Positions 59,943-64,000 of a DNA stretch of 64,000 bases are shown piece after piece. Position numbers and translations under genes: made by a program. Source of the stretch: an uncultured Verrucomicrobiales bacterium (GTDB taxonomy: Bacteria; Verrucomicrobiota; Verrucomicrobiia; Verrucomicrobiales; CAZUPP01); the NCBI GenBank assembly GCA_964622095.1, contig CAZUPP010000016.1:13553-77552 (forward strand). The letters run 5' to 3'. Below the pieces are notes generated by a model, which worked only from the letters and a program-made list of their open reading frames with translations, was not told where the DNA came from and ran no database searches. Position 1 is the first letter of the stretch. Every line of letters starts with the position of its first letter.

Positions 59943-60502
59943 ATCGTGTCACCCGGTTCCAGAATGATATCTTTGCGCGGGTCATTACGGATTTCCCGGA
60001 CATCCACTTTCATTTTGGTCTGGCCCCGGGTCAGTTCCACGCGCTTTTCCGCGGCATACGGGGTGAAGCCGCCACAGGCATTGATCGCGGTGAGCAGTGT
60101 CATATCCGCCGTGAAAGGAATCCGGCTGGGACTGCGCACCTGACCGGACATATTGATGAGGGCGGAGGTCGCATTGGCGGTCACCGTGATGGTGGGAGAA
60201 AGATAAATCTGCGCGGAGATGTAGGCATTTTCAATGACGCGTGCCAACTGCACCGGAGTGTTGCCCACGGCGTCGATCGGCGTTTTGAGATAGGGCAGCT
60301 TGAGCTTTCCGTTGCTGTCGACCTGATACTCGCGATTGATCGCGCTCTGTTCTTCACCGCCCACCCCTGCGATGGTGATAATGAGCCGGTCACCGGCGCG
60401 GATGCTGCCTTGGGCAAAGACGGATTGGATGGAGCCCAGCAGCAGGAATGCGAGGGCCAGAAGGGCAGCGGCGGGTAGATGAAGGAGTGCGTGAGGCTTC
60501 AT
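59918..60502 (-). CDS. Polysaccharide biosynthesis/export (Wza/SLBB-like) protein
   Basis: GD.L.I.I, VD.NG...LPY, GQVRSP, AI..CGGFT.YA, L.PGD.IYVP. Confidence 0.88.
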   Translation of the reverse strand: MKPHALLHLPAAALLALAFLLLGSIQSVFAQGSIRAGDRLIITIAGVGGEEQSAINREYQVDSNGKLKLPYLKTPIDAVGNTPVQLARVIENAYISAQIYLSPTITVTANATSALINMSGQVRSPSRIPFTADMTLLTAINACGGFTPYAAEKRVELTRGQTKMKVDVREIRNDPRKDIILEPGDTIYVPTSPW

Positions 60503-60634
60503 AAAAGGCAAAGGGAATGGCGTGAACAGAGATTTGGGTGGTGCATTCGAGCAACCCTTGAATCTACTGGCAACAATGAGTCTTTGCAATGGAAAGCTGT
60601 TCAAACAGGGTCGGACAGGGTCCTGCGGGCCGGT

Positions 60635-61999
60635 TCAATCCGCGCCCGGCAGCCGAATGATGGACTGGTGGATGGTCGCCGTTTCTTCGGTGGGATCGAA
60701 CCGGAGAACAATGCGGAATGGAACCCGGCGGTCAGGCCGAGGTGGAATGGGCGCCTCAAGGTTAAAACAGACCGGAGGTTCCGTCAGGCGGAAGCGTTTA
60801 TTGTAAAAGTCTGAGAATTGATTGGGCCCATAGGATATCTGCGGCCAGACAATCTTTTCTCCAATCTTCGTGTAAAGGACTAACTGTAGATCGTTCCGGG
60901 CGGTAAGCAGTGAGGTGAGATAACAACCTTCGGCCTTAATTTTCTTCTGCGCTTTCTCACCGTCCACGGAATCAATGAGCTGCCAGGTTACTTTTGCTCG
61001 GGGAACTCGGATAAATTCACGCCGGTTAAAAAGAAGGAAGTGAAGGATGACGAAGATCCAACCTGTCGGGGCGAGAAAAGCGGAGGTGATCAATACGGCC
61101 CAGGGCAACCATTTGCGGTATTGAGTCTCCAAAGCCGGTTCGGCAAGAGCCAAAAGTTCGGTGCCGGATAAATTGCGGGAAAATCTGTGAGTCAAAATTG
61201 ATTTTGTGGAGAGGTGGATCACGGCAATGATAAGAGCGGGCCAGAGAAGAAGTGGGGGAAATGAGGCAGCACCCAGGGCCAATAAGAAAAACAGAATCTC
61301 CGACCCGAGCAAGATGGGTTGAATTCGAAGCGCGAGCGGAAGACCTAATCTCACAACGGCAGTGCGACAGCCAGCCTTTAAATCATTCTCATAGTCACCG
61401 ATCTCATGCCGGAGAATGGAGCGAAGGCCGGCAATAAACTGCCAGGCGACGGCAAACGAGAAAACGGGCCAGATAGTATTACCTGTTGCTGATGAAGAAA
61501 CGCAAAGAGGCAAAAGACAGCCGATAGAAAAGGGAATGACATGTGCGTAGAGCGAATCAACGAACAATCCAACCGTGGATTCCTTCAGCCGCAACGGCCG
61601 CAGAGAATATGCAAGGAAAAGGACGATCTCCAGAATCACCAGCGCCCAGATGACAAGGGCTGCCGACGCTAAGAAAAGAAACGGAATGGAGGCGAGCAAG
61701 AGCAGTCCTCCGATCAGAACTGACTGACAACTCGAGAGACCCGCGGCGACGTTCCTTCGTCCGGCTTTTTCATCGGCTTTGCGGTCACCGAGGTCATTGA
61801 TGAAATGGCCGAATGAGGCGGTGAAAAAGAAGTAACCGAGCAGGCCAAAGAAAATCCTGAACGCCTCCGCGACAGACAGCCCGAGAACCGGCAGGAGAGC
61901 GTAAAAAGGAATGAAAAGATAACTTACTTTATAGAGCCACCAATCCGGGTAGCGGCTCAGAGAGATCAAATCTGAAAATATGCCGGACCGCCCTTTCAT
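60635..61999 (-). CDS. UbiA-family prenyltransferase with C-terminal soluble extension
   Basis: INDLGDRKAD (NDxxDxxxD), YS..P.RLK, HEIGDYENDLKAG..T; multi-TM; start uncertain. Confidence 0.85.
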   Translation of the reverse strand: MKGRSGIFSDLISLSRYPDWWLYKVSYLFIPFYALLPVLGLSVAEAFRIFFGLLGYFFFTASFGHFINDLGDRKADEKAGRRNVAAGLSSCQSVLIGGLLLLASIPFLFLASAALVIWALVILEIVLFLAYSLRPLRLKESTVGLFVDSLYAHVIPFSIGCLLPLCVSSSATGNTIWPVFSFAVAWQFIAGLRSILRHEIGDYENDLKAGCRTAVVRLGLPLALRIQPILLGSEILFFLLALGAASFPPLLLWPALIIAVIHLSTKSILTHRFSRNLSGTELLALAEPALETQYRKWLPWAVLITSAFLAPTGWIFVILHFLLFNRREFIRVPRAKVTWQLIDSVDGEKAQKKIKAEGCYLTSLLTARNDLQLVLYTKIGEKIVWPQISYGPNQFSDFYNKRFRLTEPPVCFNLEAPIPPRPDRRVPFRIVLRFDPTEETATIHQSIIRLPGAD

Positions 62000-62048
62000 A
62001 AAACAGGAGATGGAGCTCCGACGAAGAACGGGCGGATGTTGGGCATGA

Positions 62049-64000
62049 TCATGAAAACTGGAGATGAACATTGTCCGGCCGTCTGACCACAAACTGAGAG
62101 CGCAAGGGGGCGGGCCCGTGCGCTGGATGGTAGTCGATGCGATCAAAGATTTCGACCATCAGTTCCAGAATAATTTTTGCTTCCAGCCGGGAAATCGCCA
62201 TGCCCGCGCAGGCATGCGGACCCCGGCCAAAGGCAAGGTGCCGATTGGGTCTGCGATTGTAAATGAAGCGTTCGGCAAAGGGGAAAACGGCCTCGTCGCG
62301 GTTAGCGGAACCTAACAACAATAGAAGAGATTGTCCGGCAGGAATCTTTTGCCCGGCGACCGTCACGTTAGTTAAAATTCTTCGGCCGACGCTCTGTCCC
62401 GGCGATTCGAAACGAAGGACTTCCTCGATGAAGCCTGGGATCAATCTGGGATCAGCTTTCAGCAGTTGAAATAAATCCGGTCTTCCCGCCAAGATGTAAG
62501 CACAGGTAGCGAGTAGATTCGTCGTCGTGACTGTGCCGGCAGAGAGCAAGACCACGGCAATCTCCATTTTCTGATCCAGATCAAGGGAGAGATTGAGTTC
62601 TGCAGGAATATCAATTACTTTCCGTAACGGGCTGCCGGATGGGATACTCTTTTCATCCGCGACATGATCGCGAAAGAACTGATGACATTCTTTCAGGGTT
62701 TCACGATCCTCATCGGCGAGAACATCTCCTTTGGCATTTGCCGCGAGCAATTCAAGAAGTTCGCCCCATCGTACGAGGGTTGGCCGCATTTCATTCTTCA
62801 CGCCGAGGAGGAAACAAATGACCTGCATGGAAATAGGCATGGCGAGTTCCTCCAAAAACTCACCATGGCCGCGGTCCTTGAACTCCCTAAACAGGGGGCG
62901 AACCCATGAGCGCAGATTGTTCTGAAGGAGCGAGAGACACTCCTGATCAAACATCGAACGAACCAAGCCATGCACGGCGGTGTGGGACGGGGCATCATCA
63001 TTACCCATCAGAATATTCTCAAATGAATTGGCCGCGGAGGAAAAGGTTTCGCGCGCTTCAAGAATAAAACCAATGTCGCGATAACAACTCACCAGCCATT
63101 TATCGGTGCGCTCATTGTAAACCACGGGATAGGTCTCGCGCAACTGGCGAAAATAGGGGTAGGGATTAAGGGTAAACTCTTCAGAATCAAAATCAATATC
63201 GACGGTAGGAACTTTGGATTTGAGATAAATCTCACAGGGTCCCTTGATTGAATCATGAGCCCCACGCGCATCCAGCAGGCGGCTGATACCCTCGACCGCG
63301 AAACCTGTGGTTAATTCTTCTGATCCCCAAAAAGGCGACCCGGGCGGGCCGGAATAAAAAGGACCACGGGGCCAGCTTCCATCACCGGCCTGGGCATCCA
63401 GCAATCGGATAAATCCTGCTTCGATCAGGGGAGAGTCAGGGTTGAGAGCGGTGAGAACGCAAAGAGCGAGGGCAAGATTCAGAGGGGAAACTGATGGGAG
63501 ATCAGACTCAAGACATGCTTCAATGCGCTGAACCAAAAGTGGGGCGACTGCTTTCAGCAGCGCGGGCGAAGATTCAAGGCCGGCCCGGGTAATCATATAG
63601 TAGGTCGCCATCGGATCACAGTAATACTCCGTCGATTCCGCCTCCCGATTGTTTCGAATGACATCGATCAGAAAGGAAATTGCTCGCTCAGTTAATTCTG
63701 TCTCGCCTAAATAAAGAATGACATTGGCGTTTACAGTGGCGTCAACTTCGCCGGCTGGAACGGGATCGTTTGGCGCCATGTAGCGGGGATTGTTCCTGAA
63801 TTCCGCAGGTTTCTCCGGAGCACATTGACTGGCAAGTTTTCCGAGGGCGGCGAGATAGCCATGGAAAGCGATATTTTCAGACTGCTCCGGCAGAACCCAG
63901 GTCAGGAATAAACCTGTGCGATTGCATGTCTCTTCGAAGATCCACGCGTTATCAGGCACGGGGTGTCCACATTTCCTCAGAATAAATGAAATGCTGGAGG
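62049..64000 (-). CDS. Fusion of class II terpene cyclase/prenyltransferase-squalene-oxidase-like domain with cytochrome P450 (5' end lies beyond the window)
   Basis: Frame open to the window end (SSISFILRKCGHPVPDN...). N-part has GLFLTW, VDATVNANVILYLG and a QW-like LLDAQAGDGSW. C-part has PYPYF..LR, AGTVTT, EEVLRFESP and HLAFGRGPHAC.G. Confidence 0.85.
   Translation of the reverse strand, partial: SSISFILRKCGHPVPDNAWIFEETCNRTGLFLTWVLPEQSENIAFHGYLAALGKLASQCAPEKPAEFRNNPRYMAPNDPVPAGEVDATVNANVILYLGETELTERAISFLIDVIRNNREAESTEYYCDPMATYYMITRAGLESSPALLKAVAPLLVQRIEACLESDLPSVSPLNLALALCVLTALNPDSPLIEAGFIRLLDAQAGDGSWPRGPFYSGPPGSPFWGSEELTTGFAVEGISRLLDARGAHDSIKGPCEIYLKSKVPTVDIDFDSEEFTLNPYPYFRQLRETYPVVYNERTDKWLVSCYRDIGFILEARETFSSAANSFENILMGNDDAPSHTAVHGLVRSMFDQECLSLLQNNLRSWVRPLFREFKDRGHGEFLEELAMPISMQVICFLLGVKNEMRPTLVRWGELLELLAANAKGDVLADEDRETLKECHQFFRDHVADEKSIPSGSPLRKVIDIPAELNLSLDLDQKMEIAVVLLSAGTVTTTNLLATCAYILAGRPDLFQLLKADPRLIPGFIEEVLRFESPGQSVGRRILTNVTVAGQKIPAGQSLLLLLGSANRDEAVFPFAERFIYNRRPNRHLAFGRGPHACAGMAISRLEAKIILELMVEIFDRIDYHPAHGPAPLRSQFVVRRPDNVHLQFS

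Overview
GC-rich (roughly 58-60% by eye) bacterial chromosomal window. Gene content (archaeal/eukaryote-type ProRS, orphan prepilin, sulfatase, Pro-rich GYF_2 protein) suggests a PVC-group organism, probably Verrucomicrobia (inference). Most of it is housekeeping: rplS, ribE, purC, rlmN, panC, uvrA, gcvTHP, ispD, trxA, proS, hemW, miaB and tRNA-Gly(GCC). It also has an ECF-sigma/Spy-like envelope module and a RelE/ParE toxin-antitoxin pair. The right-hand ~11 kb is accessory-rich. It holds (i) an AT-richer islet with a frameshifted ankyrin gene, followed by 1.2 kb of non-coding DNA with a 66-bp direct repeat and two TetR-like palindromes; (ii) a translationally coupled three-gene cassette (TIGR04255 protein, WDG-motif protein, ADP-ribosyltransferase-like protein) resembling an undescribed toxin-antitoxin-chaperone/anti-phage system; and (iii) at the window edge, a class II terpene-cyclase-like domain fused to a cytochrome P450 and followed by a UbiA prenyltransferase, a candidate meroterpenoid pathway. 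Other oddities are an exported coiled-coil ClpP-like protease, a His-less pseudo-kinase/receiver protein and a recurring basic-T-x-x-I/L/V motif in several Pro-rich proteins. All family calls come from motif recognition by eye; no database search was run.
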